Shown piece after piece: positions 30,382-40,918 of a stretch of DNA of 64,000 nucleotides. The translations under genes and the position numbers were made by a program. The notes under the pieces are model-generated. The model ran no database searches. It had not been told where the DNA came from and saw only the letters and a program-made list of their open reading frames with translations. Source of the stretch: an uncultured bacterium (GTDB lineage: Bacteria; Desulfobacterota_D; UBA1144; Nemesobacterales; UBA2774); NCBI GenBank assembly GCA_963705505.1, contig CAVPJU010000006.1, positions 320,001 to 384,000 on the forward strand. The letters are read 5' to 3'. Each line of letters starts with the position of its first letter. The first letter of the stretch is position 1.

Positions 30382-30723
30382 ATGGAAGACGGCAAAATAT
30401 TTCGGGGAGATCTGGAAGGAGACCTTCTTGAAGAAGAAAGGGCCAGACTTAAGAGGCCCGACATGTACAGAATAGTGCTTCTGAACGATGATTTCACTCC
30501 GAGGGAGTTTGTAGTATGGGTTTTGATGAGAGTCTTTTTCAAGGGACAGGATGAATCCACAAGAATAATGCTCGAAGCACATACCTCCGGCCAAAGCATG
30601 GTGGGGGTATATACATACGACGTAGCGACTACAAAAATCGTACAGGTGGACAAGCTGGCCAAACAATACGAACACCCTTTGAAATGCATACTTGAGGTAG
30701 AGACGGGCGGTGAGGAAGAATGA
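30382..30723 (+). CDS. clpS: ATP-dependent Clp protease adaptor ClpS
   Basis: YRIVLLNDDFTPREFVV, IMLEAHTSG, YTYDVATTK, HPLKC; overlaps the clpA start. Confidence 0.95.
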   Translation: MEDGKIFRGDLEGDLLEEERARLKRPDMYRIVLLNDDFTPREFVVWVLMRVFFKGQDESTRIMLEAHTSGQSMVGVYTYDVATTKIVQVDKLAKQYEHPLKCILEVETGGEEE

Positions 30724-32960
30724 CACTATCAAAAGAACTGGAAGAGACGCTCAAGAGAGCGTATGAGCAGGCGAAGGTCAGAAGGCATGAGTTCATCACG
30801 CTCGAGCACATCCTTTTCGAGCTGACTTACGATCCGGACGCCTCGGAAGTCCTCGCGGGCTGCGGTGTGGACCTCGACGGTCTGAGGTCTACGCTCGAGG
30901 ATTTCTTCGAGGAGAACATGCCGCCTATAGATTCCGAATACCTGGCCGACCCTCAGTATTCGGCGGGCAGCCAGTTCGTGCTCAGGCTTGCGGCAATGCA
31001 TGCGGAATCCGCAGACAAATCGCAGATCAACGGGGGAAACATCCTCGTCGCGATGTTCAGGGTCGACGAGTCTCACGCAGTATATCTCTTGACGGAGCAG
31101 GGTGTAAACCGCTATGACATAGTACGGTATATATCGCACGGACGCTCTAAATACGGACAGCAGGAAAAATCGACCAGCATAGCAAAGACGGACACCCAGA
31201 CCGAACAGAGATCCAAAGACCCCCTCGGGGAGTTCTGCACCAATCTGGTGAGGAAGGCCCGGGACGGGAAGCTCGACCCTCTGATCGGACGCGAATCGGA
31301 GATAGACCGCACCATTCATATACTGGCGAGAAGAAGAAAGAATAACCCTATATTCGTCGGCGAGGCGGGCGTCGGAAAGACGGCAATAGCAGAAGGGCTC
31401 GCGCTCAGGATCGCACGGAGCGAGGTCCCGAAGGCGCTCGAGAACACGGGTATTTATGCGCTCGATATGGGCTCCCTCACCGCGGGCACGCGCTACAGGG
31501 GAGATTTCGAGGAAAGGCTGAAAGCGATAATCGACAGTGTAAGAGGGGATGAGAAAAAGATTCTTTTCATCGACGAAATCCATACCGTAATAGGCGCAGG
31601 CGCCGTCTCGGGAGGCACTCTCGACGCGTCCAATATGCTCAAGCCCGCGTTGTCAAACGGCGAGATACGCTGCATCGGCACCACGACACTCAAGGAATAC
31701 AGGAGCGTATTCGAGAAGGACCACGCGCTCGCGAGGAGGTTCCAGAGGATCGACGTATACGAGCCGAGCCAGGAGGAGTGCGTCAAGATACTACTCGGCC
31801 TTAAGAAATACTACGAGGATTTTCATAGCGTTAAATATTCCACACCCGCGCTTAAAGCCGCGGTCGAGCTCTCCGCAAAATACATGAACGACAGGAGGCT
31901 CCCCGACAAGGCCATAGACCTGATAGACGAAGCGGGGGCGGAGGTCAAGCTCAGAAACTCCGGAGCCGCCATAAGGCAGGTCACGGTCAAGGACATAGAG
32001 GCGCTAGTCTCGAAGATAGCGAAGATACCCACACGCACGGTCAAGGTCGACGACAGGAACAGGCTCATGACACTCGCGGATGACCTCAAGAAGGTCATAT
32101 ACGGCCAGGACGAAGCCGTAGACAAGCTGGTCACGGCGATCCAGATGTCGCGCTCGGGGCTGAGCGAGCCCATGAAGCCCGTCGGCAGCTTCATGTTCGC
32201 CGGGCCCACGGGAGTCGGGAAAACGGAGCTCGCAAAACAGCTTGCCGAAGCCCTGGGAATTGAGTTCATTCGGTTCGACATGAGCGAGTACATGGAGAAA
32301 CACACCGTTTCCCGCCTTATCGGGTCACCGCCCGGATACGTCGGATACGAGGAGGGCGGACAGCTTACGGAAGCGGTTCATCAGAAACCCCACGCGGTGC
32401 TCCTGCTCGACGAGATCGAGAAGGCCCACGAGGATATCTTTAACGTGCTTTTACAGGTGATGGACCATGCGACTCTCACCGACTCGAACGGGAGAAAAGT
32501 GGATTTCAGGCAGATAGTCCTCATCCTTACCACGAACACCGGGTCGAGGGAGAGCGGCCAGAGGACGGTCGGATTCGAGAAGGACGAATTTGAGGACAAG
32601 AGCGTGCAGGCGATAGAGAGGTACTTCAGCCCGGAATTCAGGAACAGGCTCAACGGAGTGCTCCATTTCAATTCACTCTCCAAAGAAGTCGTCGAGAAGA
32701 TCGTGGACAAAATGGTAGGGCAGCTCGCCGAGAGGTTGAAAGCCAAGAAGGTGACGGTCGAGCTCACACCCGAAGCGAGGACATATATCGCGGAGAAGGG
32801 CTACGACAAACAACTCGGCGCAAGGCCTATACAGCGGCTTATAGACAGCGAGATCACTCAGAATCTCACTCACGAGATACTGTTCGGGAAACTTTCCACG
32901 GGCGGCGGGAGCGTGAGGATCGTAGTGAACGGGGACAAGCTCGGGTTCGAGTTCGGATAA
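30720..32960 (+). CDS. clpA: ATP-dependent Clp protease ATP-binding subunit ClpA
   Basis: Two AAA+ modules (GEAGVGKT, FIDEIH; GPTGVGKT, RFDMSEYME, LLLDEIEKAH); no M-domain; VGF loop; follows clpS. Confidence 0.95.
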   Translation: MTLSKELEETLKRAYEQAKVRRHEFITLEHILFELTYDPDASEVLAGCGVDLDGLRSTLEDFFEENMPPIDSEYLADPQYSAGSQFVLRLAAMHAESADKSQINGGNILVAMFRVDESHAVYLLTEQGVNRYDIVRYISHGRSKYGQQEKSTSIAKTDTQTEQRSKDPLGEFCTNLVRKARDGKLDPLIGRESEIDRTIHILARRRKNNPIFVGEAGVGKTAIAEGLALRIARSEVPKALENTGIYALDMGSLTAGTRYRGDFEERLKAIIDSVRGDEKKILFIDEIHTVIGAGAVSGGTLDASNMLKPALSNGEIRCIGTTTLKEYRSVFEKDHALARRFQRIDVYEPSQEECVKILLGLKKYYEDFHSVKYSTPALKAAVELSAKYMNDRRLPDKAIDLIDEAGAEVKLRNSGAAIRQVTVKDIEALVSKIAKIPTRTVKVDDRNRLMTLADDLKKVIYGQDEAVDKLVTAIQMSRSGLSEPMKPVGSFMFAGPTGVGKTELAKQLAEALGIEFIRFDMSEYMEKHTVSRLIGSPPGYVGYEEGGQLTEAVHQKPHAVLLLDEIEKAHEDIFNVLLQVMDHATLTDSNGRKVDFRQIVLILTTNTGSRESGQRTVGFEKDEFEDKSVQAIERYFSPEFRNRLNGVLHFNSLSKEVVEKIVDKMVGQLAERLKAKKVTVELTPEARTYIAEKGYDKQLGARPIQRLIDSEITQNLTHEILFGKLSTGGGSVRIVVNGDKLGFEFG

Positions 32961-33055
32961 AATAATAAGTGAATCAGTTCGATTTCGGCCTTATATTTCA
33001 ATCCGGAATCGTAGCAGCTCGTTACATCAAATTCAAAACCGAGGAGAGTAAACTC

Positions 33056-33421
33056 ATGTTCAGCTCGTACTCATTTTCAAGGCAAATCAGCTCTCTGATC
33101 CTTCTATTTTTATTATGTTTCTCACTATACGGCGCAAATTCCTTCTCCATGGAAAGCCCAATTATAATTGCCCAGGGCGAAACCAAATCGAGCGGCAATG
33201 CAATGCTGAGTGCGATTGAAAGCGGCTCTGACTTCAAGGGCATGACCAAAAAACAGGTAATAGATTCATACGGAGAGCCCTTCAGCAAAGATACTAACCC
33301 CGTAAAGGGCAGGTACGATGAAAAATGGACTTACAGCTGCGAGACTCACAACGGACTCACATATGACTGTGTGCTTCTCTATTTCATGGCAGACCATGTT
33401 GTGGATGTCGAATCTTTCTAG
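33056..33421 (+). CDS. Secreted hypothetical protein with SmpA/BamE-like motif
   Basis: SD GAGGAG; signal peptide; GMTKKQVIDSYGEP...EKWTY...LYF pattern. Confidence 0.6.
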   Translation: MFSSYSFSRQISSLILLFLLCFSLYGANSFSMESPIIIAQGETKSSGNAMLSAIESGSDFKGMTKKQVIDSYGEPFSKDTNPVKGRYDEKWTYSCETHNGLTYDCVLLYFMADHVVDVESF

Positions 33422-33430
33422 GCAACGGGA

Positions 33431-33985
33431 GTGAAAATGAAAAAATGTCCAAAGTGCGGTAAAGAACTTAAACTGAAGGTCCTCGGGTCGATAGACGTCG
33501 ATGAATGCGAGTCATGCAAGGGTGTCTGGCTCGACGTGGGAGAATTAGGCAAAGCAGAGGAAGCCGCCGACCCCAACATCAACTGGCTCGATTTCGAGAT
33601 TTGGAAACACCCGGAAAAATTCAAATCGAAAGAAACGGACCTCAAGTGTCCGTCCTGCGCGTCCAACACAATCAGTATCGAGTACGGACATACCGGAGTC
33701 GAGATCAACTACTGCCCCGGCTGCCGGGGAATATGGCTCGAAAAGGACGAATTGCCCAAGATCATAGAGTCCCTCGAAGACGAAATATCGAAAAAAACCT
33801 TCTCCGATTACCTCCACGAAAGTATCCGCGAAGCCAAAGAAGTCGTGACCGGGCATGAGTCGCTGATGTCGGAATGGAAGGACTTCTCCTCGATACTGAG
33901 ACTGATGCAGTACAGGTTATTCGTCGAGAAACCGAAGTTAATCGAGACCCTGACCGACATCAATACGCTGAATCCCTTTAAGTAG
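33431..33985 (+). CDS. Double zinc-ribbon (zf-TFIIB-like) protein
   Basis: CPKC...CESCKGVWLD.GE and CPSC...CPGCRGIWLEK.E repeats. Confidence 0.8.
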   Translation: MKMKKCPKCGKELKLKVLGSIDVDECESCKGVWLDVGELGKAEEAADPNINWLDFEIWKHPEKFKSKETDLKCPSCASNTISIEYGHTGVEINYCPGCRGIWLEKDELPKIIESLEDEISKKTFSDYLHESIREAKEVVTGHESLMSEWKDFSSILRLMQYRLFVEKPKLIETLTDINTLNPFK

Positions 33986-34065
33986 AGGGCATCATTAACG
34001 GAGCACGAGCCCGGACCACCTGGAGATTTAAATATTACAAAGGCCGATAAATGAAAATAAGTCCG

Positions 34066-34536
34066 TCAGAAGGCCTGGTCCAGAATAAGCGATATTTCAT
34101 CGGAGCCGGTTTCCCCGGTCCTGTCGTAGACAGCCTCACCTTTACTGTTCATGACCGTTACGTGGGGGATATAACCCCTGTAATAGCGGTCCCTGAGCTC
34201 TTTTTGTTCTTTTGATAATGCAGTATCCAGATCGATAACTATGAAATCCACCTTGCCCTTATATTTCTCGTAAAGCTCGACTGTCCTCCTGGCCTGCCTC
34301 TTCGAGTTATAACACTCCCTCTGATAAAAGATAATATAAGCCGGAGTCCCGTTTCTGAGAATCCCGTTAGAAAAATCATCGCCTGTGATGAGAGGGCCGT
34401 CATTCGAATCGCTCGTATAGTCGAGCCTGGGATTGAGCTTCAGATTTGTCGCCGCAAAAGAGAACGGCGAAGCGCCTAAAAGCATATAGACCAGGAATCC
34501 GGCAGCAATCATTTGTCCGCGGAATTTATTAATCAT
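34066..34536 (-). CDS. Secreted thioredoxin-fold-like protein (single Cys)
   Basis: Signal peptide; IIFYQRECYNS, LYEKYKGKVDFIVIDLD, IPHVTVMNSKG (cis-Pro-like loop). Confidence 0.6.
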   Translation of the reverse strand: MINKFRGQMIAAGFLVYMLLGASPFSFAATNLKLNPRLDYTSDSNDGPLITGDDFSNGILRNGTPAYIIFYQRECYNSKRQARRTVELYEKYKGKVDFIVIDLDTALSKEQKELRDRYYRGYIPHVTVMNSKGEAVYDRTGETGSDEISLILDQAF

Positions 34537-34575
34537 TTCATATAACCCCGTTATACAATCAGGACATCATGACAT

Positions 34576-34604
34576 TATACGGAATTAAATCGTACCCGGT
34601 TTCA
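34576..34604 (-). promoter_or_regulatory. Putative ECF promoter TGAAAC-N17-CGTATA
   Basis: Minus-strand TGAAAC (34604-34599) and CGTATA (34581-34576), 40 nt upstream of ATG 34536. Confidence 0.5.
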
Positions 34605-34743
34605 TTTTTAAAACACGAGAAAATACAGGAAATCTAAATTTATCCTTTATAATAAAGTAAAATAAACAGATCGTTACATCATTCTATGAATTTGTTTGAA
34701 TCCTGCTCATCGTCAATCACTATGGAAGGAAGGAAAAGACCAG

Positions 34744-35367
34744 ATGAATGACTCAAAGTCCCGCATAGCTTCCAACATAAAGGACAAGGACCTGATCAAC
34801 GTAAGGAGGCAGGAGCTTGTGAATGCCGCCGTCGAGCTTTTCGTGAAAAAGGGGTTCCACAAAACCACAGTCCGCGAGATAGCGAAAGAGTTCGGCATGA
34901 GCATGGGGGCGCTCTACGATTATATCAGGACAAAAGAGGACATCTTATTTCTTGTCTGCGACCACATTCACAAAAGCGTCAGCGAAAAATTACAGAGCGC
35001 GCTCGTAGGCAAAAAGGACGCCAGGGAGAACCTGAAAAATGCGATACGCGATTACTTCACTATCATAGACGAGATACAGGACTACTCGCTCCTCTTGTAT
35101 CAGGAAACTAAATCGCTTAACCGTACGGACAGGAATTACATACTTTCGGCTGAAAAAGAACTGGTCGCGATCTTCGAGGATATAATTACCCACGGCATCA
35201 GAGAAAAAATATTCAAGATCGACAGGAGCACCGCAAAGATAGTGGCTGAAAACATAATGGTTGAGGGGCAGATGTGGGCGTTCAGGCGCTGGTCGATCCA
35301 AAAGAGCTACACCCTTAAAAACTATATCAAAATCCAGACGGACCTCATTTTAAGGTCGATTACATAA
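34744..35367 (+). CDS. TetR/AcrR family transcriptional regulator
   Basis: RRQELVNAAVELFVKKGFHKTTVREIAKEFGMSMGALYDYIRTKEDIL helix-turn-helix. Confidence 0.93.
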   Translation: MNDSKSRIASNIKDKDLINVRRQELVNAAVELFVKKGFHKTTVREIAKEFGMSMGALYDYIRTKEDILFLVCDHIHKSVSEKLQSALVGKKDARENLKNAIRDYFTIIDEIQDYSLLLYQETKSLNRTDRNYILSAEKELVAIFEDIITHGIREKIFKIDRSTAKIVAENIMVEGQMWAFRRWSIQKSYTLKNYIKIQTDLILRSIT

Positions 35368-35372
35368 ACCCC

Positions 35373-35427
35373 TTGACATTAAACCCGAAAGTTCTTAGAA
35401 TTGTGATAAGCGAGCGAGCGCTCGGTT
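35373..35427 (+). promoter_or_regulatory. Sigma70 promoter plus palindromic operator for the acyl-CoA dehydrogenase gene
   Basis: TTGACA(35373)-N17-TAGAAT(35396); imperfect palindrome AAGCGAGC-GAGC-GCTCGGTT at 35408-35427. Confidence 0.65.
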
Positions 35428-35457
35428 GGTAATCGTCAATGGGGAGGTATGGTTATT

Positions 35458-36607
<1,150 letters not shown>

Positions 36608-36609
<2 letters not shown>

Positions 36610-36643
36610 AAAAAGAAGCCCTTAAAATCGAAAGGGCTTCTTT
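36608..36643. terminator. Bidirectional intrinsic terminator (stronger on the minus strand)
   Basis: AAAGAAGCCCTT / AAGGGCTTCTTT stem; the A7 run on + gives a U-tract on the minus strand. Confidence 0.8.
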
Positions 36644-36703
36644 CCCTCAAGGAGGATGGTATAGGATGTGCTGGTCAATTCAAATATGTACTTACTGCTT
36701 CTA
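36608..36703 (-). ncRNA. Candidate small regulatory RNA
   Basis: ECF-like promoter GAATCC-N17-GTCTAA (36737-36709), C/U-rich anti-SD segment CCATCCTCCTT, strong terminator; no ORF. Confidence 0.4.
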
Positions 36704-36851
36704 ACATATTAGACACATTTTATCGCGGGATGGATTCAGGTAATTTTTCGGTATTCGATGCCCGTCAGTGTTAGTCTGCAGACGCCCGGCAATCGCATAT
36801 ATTTTCAAGTAAGACGGGAGATTAGAAGAGTCTCCTCCGCTTCATTCCCTA

Positions 36852-37370
36852 TCAGTTCTCTTTCCTGGTGACGGACTGCGCCCAGCCCTGATATACCTTT
36901 ACGATCACCCGGTCGCCGACCTTAATATCCTTTAATTTATCGTTCGAAGAAGCGATATTGAAGACGGTTTTGTCCGACATTTTAACGCTGATAAGACTGT
37001 CCGTCGCCCCCTCCTGAATGAATACGACTTCGCCCGGAACCCACTGGACGCCGCTATCCTTTTTTTCGGGCCCCGGAGTCTGCGGCGTCTGTTCCTCCGC
37101 TATATTTATGATTCGCGCCCACCCCTCGACAATCTGCACCGTTACGACATCCCCTATCTGAACTCCGTTGAGCAGGGAGGATTTGGAAGGAACACTGAAG
37201 AGTTCGCCGTCGGTCAGCTTCAAGCTGAGCAGCCCTGATCCCTCTTTCTCGACTATGGACACTACCTCTCCCGTTACCCACTGCGGAGAGCCGTTCGCAT
37301 GGGCAGCAATTACTTTTACAGAACCCAAAACCGATAACGCAATCATCAGGCAGATAATTTTTCTCGACAT
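36852..37370 (-). CDS. Secreted hypothetical protein with two tandem beta-barrel-like repeats
   Basis: Signal peptide (AHA); repeats QWVTGEVV...IGDVVTV.IVEGWA and QWVPGEVV...VGDRVIV.VYQGWA. Confidence 0.7.
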   Translation of the reverse strand: MSRKIICLMIALSVLGSVKVIAAHANGSPQWVTGEVVSIVEKEGSGLLSLKLTDGELFSVPSKSSLLNGVQIGDVVTVQIVEGWARIINIAEEQTPQTPGPEKKDSGVQWVPGEVVFIQEGATDSLISVKMSDKTVFNIASSNDKLKDIKVGDRVIVKVYQGWAQSVTRKEN

Positions 37371-37706
37371 CGTGAATCCTCCGTGAAACACCGGTCCATT
37401 CGCTCAGAATTTATTAGTCAGTCCCTTTATAAAGTGTAATTTTTATACTGCATTTATACAACTTTATTTATGCAGCCTTAATATGAGCACCTATTCTTGC
37501 TATACTATCTAATCCATATCCGGTAAAGAGGTCTCGCGGATGTTAATGTACAAGAAAGCGAGCTGGTGGTTCTGGCGCGTAATAGCGGTCTTCATTACGG
37601 CCGGGGACATCGGGTGGAGTTCCGGATTTTATGCAGCGACCATTTTATCAGCCGTGAAGCTGATACATTTCTTCATAAAAGAAGGGGCTTCAAGGGGACA
37701 TGCCTG

Positions 37707-38072
37707 ATGCCGAAATTTATAGAAAAACCGACTATTATAGAGGCTGCGGGGAATAAGCCGAAAAAGATAGAGGAGTACGCCGGAAGGGTGAACACAGGCC
37801 AGACTGCCGTCAGCGTTGCCCGCATGACATCGCCCGAGGGCTGGAGGGAGCCCGGACAGCGCCCGGACTTTGAGGAAATTACGATAGTCCTTGAAGGAAC
37901 GCTCGTAGTCGATCACGAAAGAGGCTCTCTCGAAGTCGGAGCGGGGCAGGCCGTCGTTGCCAATCCCGGAGAATGGGTCAGGTACAGCACCCCTAAGCCG
38001 GGCGGGGCGAAGTATATAGCAATATGTATCCCCGCTTTTTCACCCGGAACGGTGAACCGCGACCAGGAATAA
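37707..38072 (+). CDS. Cupin domain protein (EutQ-like)
   Basis: AAGNKPKKIEEYAGRVN, GWREPGQRPDFEE, PGEWVRYSTP, C.PAFSP.TV.R. Confidence 0.85.
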   Translation: MPKFIEKPTIIEAAGNKPKKIEEYAGRVNTGQTAVSVARMTSPEGWREPGQRPDFEEITIVLEGTLVVDHERGSLEVGAGQAVVANPGEWVRYSTPKPGGAKYIAICIPAFSPGTVNRDQE

Positions 38073-38089
38073 AAAACTAAGGAATCCAA

Positions 38090-38671
38090 ATGATAAACAG
38101 ATGCGGGTGGTCCATTTCGGACCCTTTGATGATTGATTATCACGATACTGAGTGGGGCGTCCCGGTTCACGACGACCGCAAGCATTTCGAAATGATTGTC
38201 CTCGACGGAGCGCAGGCGGGGCTCAGCTGGCAGACCGTCCTGAGAAAAAGGGAGTCCTACCGCGAGGCATTCGATAATTTCGATCCGAAGAAAGTAGCAC
38301 GGTATAACGATAAAAAAATCCGGGAGCTTCTGAACAATCCCGGCATAATCAGAAACCGGCTGAAAGTAAACTCCGCAGTAGTGAACGCAAAGGCATTCCT
38401 CGACGTGACGGATGAGTTCGGCTCGTTCGATAAGTATATATGGCAGTTCGTAGGCCACCGTACCATACACAACGAATGGAAGAGCTTGAAAGAACTGCCC
38501 GCGAAGACGTCCGTGTCAGACACCATGAGCAAAGACCTTAAAAAAAGAGGGTTCAACTTCGTCGGCTCCACCATATGCTACGCATACATGCAGGCGGCCG
38601 GCATGGTGAACGATCACACTACAGAATGTTTCAGACATAAAGAGCTGAGACGCATGCCCCCGAATAAATAA
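38090..38671 (+). CDS. tag: DNA-3-methyladenine glycosylase I
   Basis: RCGW, YHDTEWG, QAGLSW.TVL.KR, IIRNRLK, GF.FVGSTICYAYMQAAGMVNDH..C. Confidence 0.95.
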   Translation: MINRCGWSISDPLMIDYHDTEWGVPVHDDRKHFEMIVLDGAQAGLSWQTVLRKRESYREAFDNFDPKKVARYNDKKIRELLNNPGIIRNRLKVNSAVVNAKAFLDVTDEFGSFDKYIWQFVGHRTIHNEWKSLKELPAKTSVSDTMSKDLKKRGFNFVGSTICYAYMQAAGMVNDHTTECFRHKELRRMPPNK

Positions 38672-39267
38672 TGACTCAAAATTTTCTAGACAAGGTGGTA
38701 TTCCGTCCCGCGAGAAAGGACGAATGCAGGACTATCGCGCGGCTCTACAGCATCTCCTCGGACGGATTGGCGGACTACATCTGGACGACGCTCGCGAAGC
38801 CGGGAGAGGATATTCTCGATGTGGGGGCAAGGCGGTACTCGAATGAGGACCTCTTATTCAGCTATAACAATTGCGTGATCGCAGAGCACGATGGTGAGAT
38901 TATAGGTATGCTCGTTGCATTCCCAATGTACGTTCCCGAGGACCCTGGTGCTGTACGTGAGACCGACCCGGTTTTAGTGCCCTTCACTGTACTGGAGAAA
39001 GACAAGAGCTACTACATCATGGGGGTTGCAGTCTTTCCCGAGCATAGAGGGAAAGGGGTTGGCACGAAATTTTTGGAAATTGCGGAACGGAAAGCGGTTG
39101 AAAATAACCTCCCCCAAATAAGCCTGATAGTATTCGATCAGAATGTGGGGGCTAAAAAACTTTACGAGCGTCACGGATTTTATGAAATCATGCGCGAACC
39201 TGTACTCCCGCATGAGCTTATTCACCATACGGGCTACGCGCTGCTTATGGTTAAGGACGTTAAATAA
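38671..39267 (+). CDS. GNAT family N-acetyltransferase
   Basis: VAVFPEHRGKGVGT acetyl-CoA motif; NVGAKKLYERHGF. Confidence 0.9.
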   Translation: MTQNFLDKVVFRPARKDECRTIARLYSISSDGLADYIWTTLAKPGEDILDVGARRYSNEDLLFSYNNCVIAEHDGEIIGMLVAFPMYVPEDPGAVRETDPVLVPFTVLEKDKSYYIMGVAVFPEHRGKGVGTKFLEIAERKAVENNLPQISLIVFDQNVGAKKLYERHGFYEIMREPVLPHELIHHTGYALLMVKDVK

Positions 39268-39331
39268 CCTACCGCGGCGATAAATCAGCGAGCAGAATCT
39301 TCGGCATCCCGAATACGGTCAATAACCGAAC

Positions 39332-40918
39332 CTAGGCGTGGTCCTGTGTCACTTTCTCTTTAGCCTTCATTATAAAAGGCTCGGAACCCCTTTTCCTTTC
39401 CTTGAAGTATGACAACAGCTGTTCGGCTTCATGAAACGGCAGGGTTACGAAAGAAAACTTATCGTGAATTTTAATGTCGTTTATTTTTTCACTTTTTATG
39501 CTGCATTTGTTCCGTATGAAATCCACCAGCTTCTTCGGCGTGAGCCTGTCCTGTTTGCCTTTTGTTACGAAGAGCCTGGTTTTACCCTTCAGGTCGACAA
39601 CCCCGTCTCCGATCTCAGTGTAACTCTTCTCGTCGAGCTCGTCCCTGAAAGTGTGCTGGAGCAGAGACGCTATTATATCCACAGGGCTCTTATTCTCCAT
39701 AAGCTCCTTCGACAGCTCGTAATACTCCGTCCCCGGTCGGGTGTTCAATAAATTTTCGAGCTCCGACTTAACCCGCTTCTTTCTGGTCTCTATGACGTCC
39801 TTTACCTGAGGGAGCTTCGCCTTCCTGATATCCGTCTTCGTCTCCCGGCTGATAAATTTAAGTTTTCTATATTCTTCAGGGGTAATAAACGTTATCGCGT
39901 TGCCTTCCTTGCCGGCGCGTCCCGTACGGCCTACCCTGTGCACATAGGACTTCGGGTCCTGGGGCAGGGCATAATTTATGACATGGGTCAGGTTCTGAAC
40001 GTCTATGCCCCTCGCGGCCACGTCCGTAGCCACGAGAATGTTGACCTGGCGCTTTTTAAACTTGTTAAGCGTCCTCTCCCTCTGGTTCTGAGACATATCG
40101 CCGTGCAGGGCGTCCGCATCGTAACCGCGCTTCATCAGCTTTCCCGCAACCTTGTCGGCATCCACCTTCGTCCTGCAAAAAATGAGACCGTAGAACTCTT
40201 CTTCCACGTCTATGATTCTGCAAAGGGCCTCGAATTTATCGGCAGCCGAAACCTCGAAATATATCTGGTCCGTCTGGCTCACTGTGAGCTGTTCCTGCTC
40301 GACCTTGAGCGTCTCGTATGTACGCATATGTTTTTTGGCGATTTGAATGACCTCGTGAGGCATGGTCGCCGAAAAAAGCATCGTACGCTTGTTATGCCCC
40401 GTGTACCCGATTATCTCCCGGACGTCATCGATAAACCCCATATCGAGCATCTCGTCAGCCTCGTCGAGAATGAGGTAAGAGATGTTATCGAGCTTGAGCG
40501 TCCCGCTCCGGAGGTGGTCGAGTATCCTTCCCGGCGTGCCCACGACGACGTCAACTCCCTTCCGGAGGCTCCTTAACTGCAAGCTCATCGACTGCCCGCC
40601 GTAAACAGGAATGATGCTGAGCTCTTTCCAGCCTTTTAACGAATTGATCTCCTCCGCCACCTGAATTGCTAACTCCCTCGTAGGCGCGAGGACGAGCGCC
40701 TGGACTGTCCTCGACTTTTCCTGAAGCAGCTCGATCAGAGGAATCCCGAACGCCGCCGTTTTGCCGGTCCCGGTCTGGGCCTGGGCGACTATATCGTCAT
40801 CCCCCTCCATAACAACCGGAATAACCAGCTCCTGGATCTTTGTCGGCATTTCATAGCCCTTTTTAGTAAGGACGTCGAGCGTCCTTTCCGATAAACCAAA
40901 ACTTTCAAATGATTTCAT
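39332..40918 (-). CDS. DEAD-box RNA helicase with DbpA-type C-terminal RNA-binding domain (DeaD/CshA-like)
   Basis: AQTGTGKT, PTRELA, DEAD, SAT, ARGID, HRVGRTGRAG. Confidence 0.95.
   Translation of the reverse strand: MKSFESFGLSERTLDVLTKKGYEMPTKIQELVIPVVMEGDDDIVAQAQTGTGKTAAFGIPLIELLQEKSRTVQALVLAPTRELAIQVAEEINSLKGWKELSIIPVYGGQSMSLQLRSLRKGVDVVVGTPGRILDHLRSGTLKLDNISYLILDEADEMLDMGFIDDVREIIGYTGHNKRTMLFSATMPHEVIQIAKKHMRTYETLKVEQEQLTVSQTDQIYFEVSAADKFEALCRIIDVEEEFYGLIFCRTKVDADKVAGKLMKRGYDADALHGDMSQNQRERTLNKFKKRQVNILVATDVAARGIDVQNLTHVINYALPQDPKSYVHRVGRTGRAGKEGNAITFITPEEYRKLKFISRETKTDIRKAKLPQVKDVIETRKKRVKSELENLLNTRPGTEYYELSKELMENKSPVDIIASLLQHTFRDELDEKSYTEIGDGVVDLKGKTRLFVTKGKQDRLTPKKLVDFIRNKCSIKSEKINDIKIHDKFSFVTLPFHEAEQLLSYFKERKRGSEPFIMKAKEKVTQDHA

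Noticed and set aside
30729..32305. Long antisense ORFs within clpA (likewise within rplY, rpsF/rpsR, the DEAD-box gene and uvrA)
   Set aside because: Expected shadow ORFs opposite genes with biased codon usage; no independent coding evidence.
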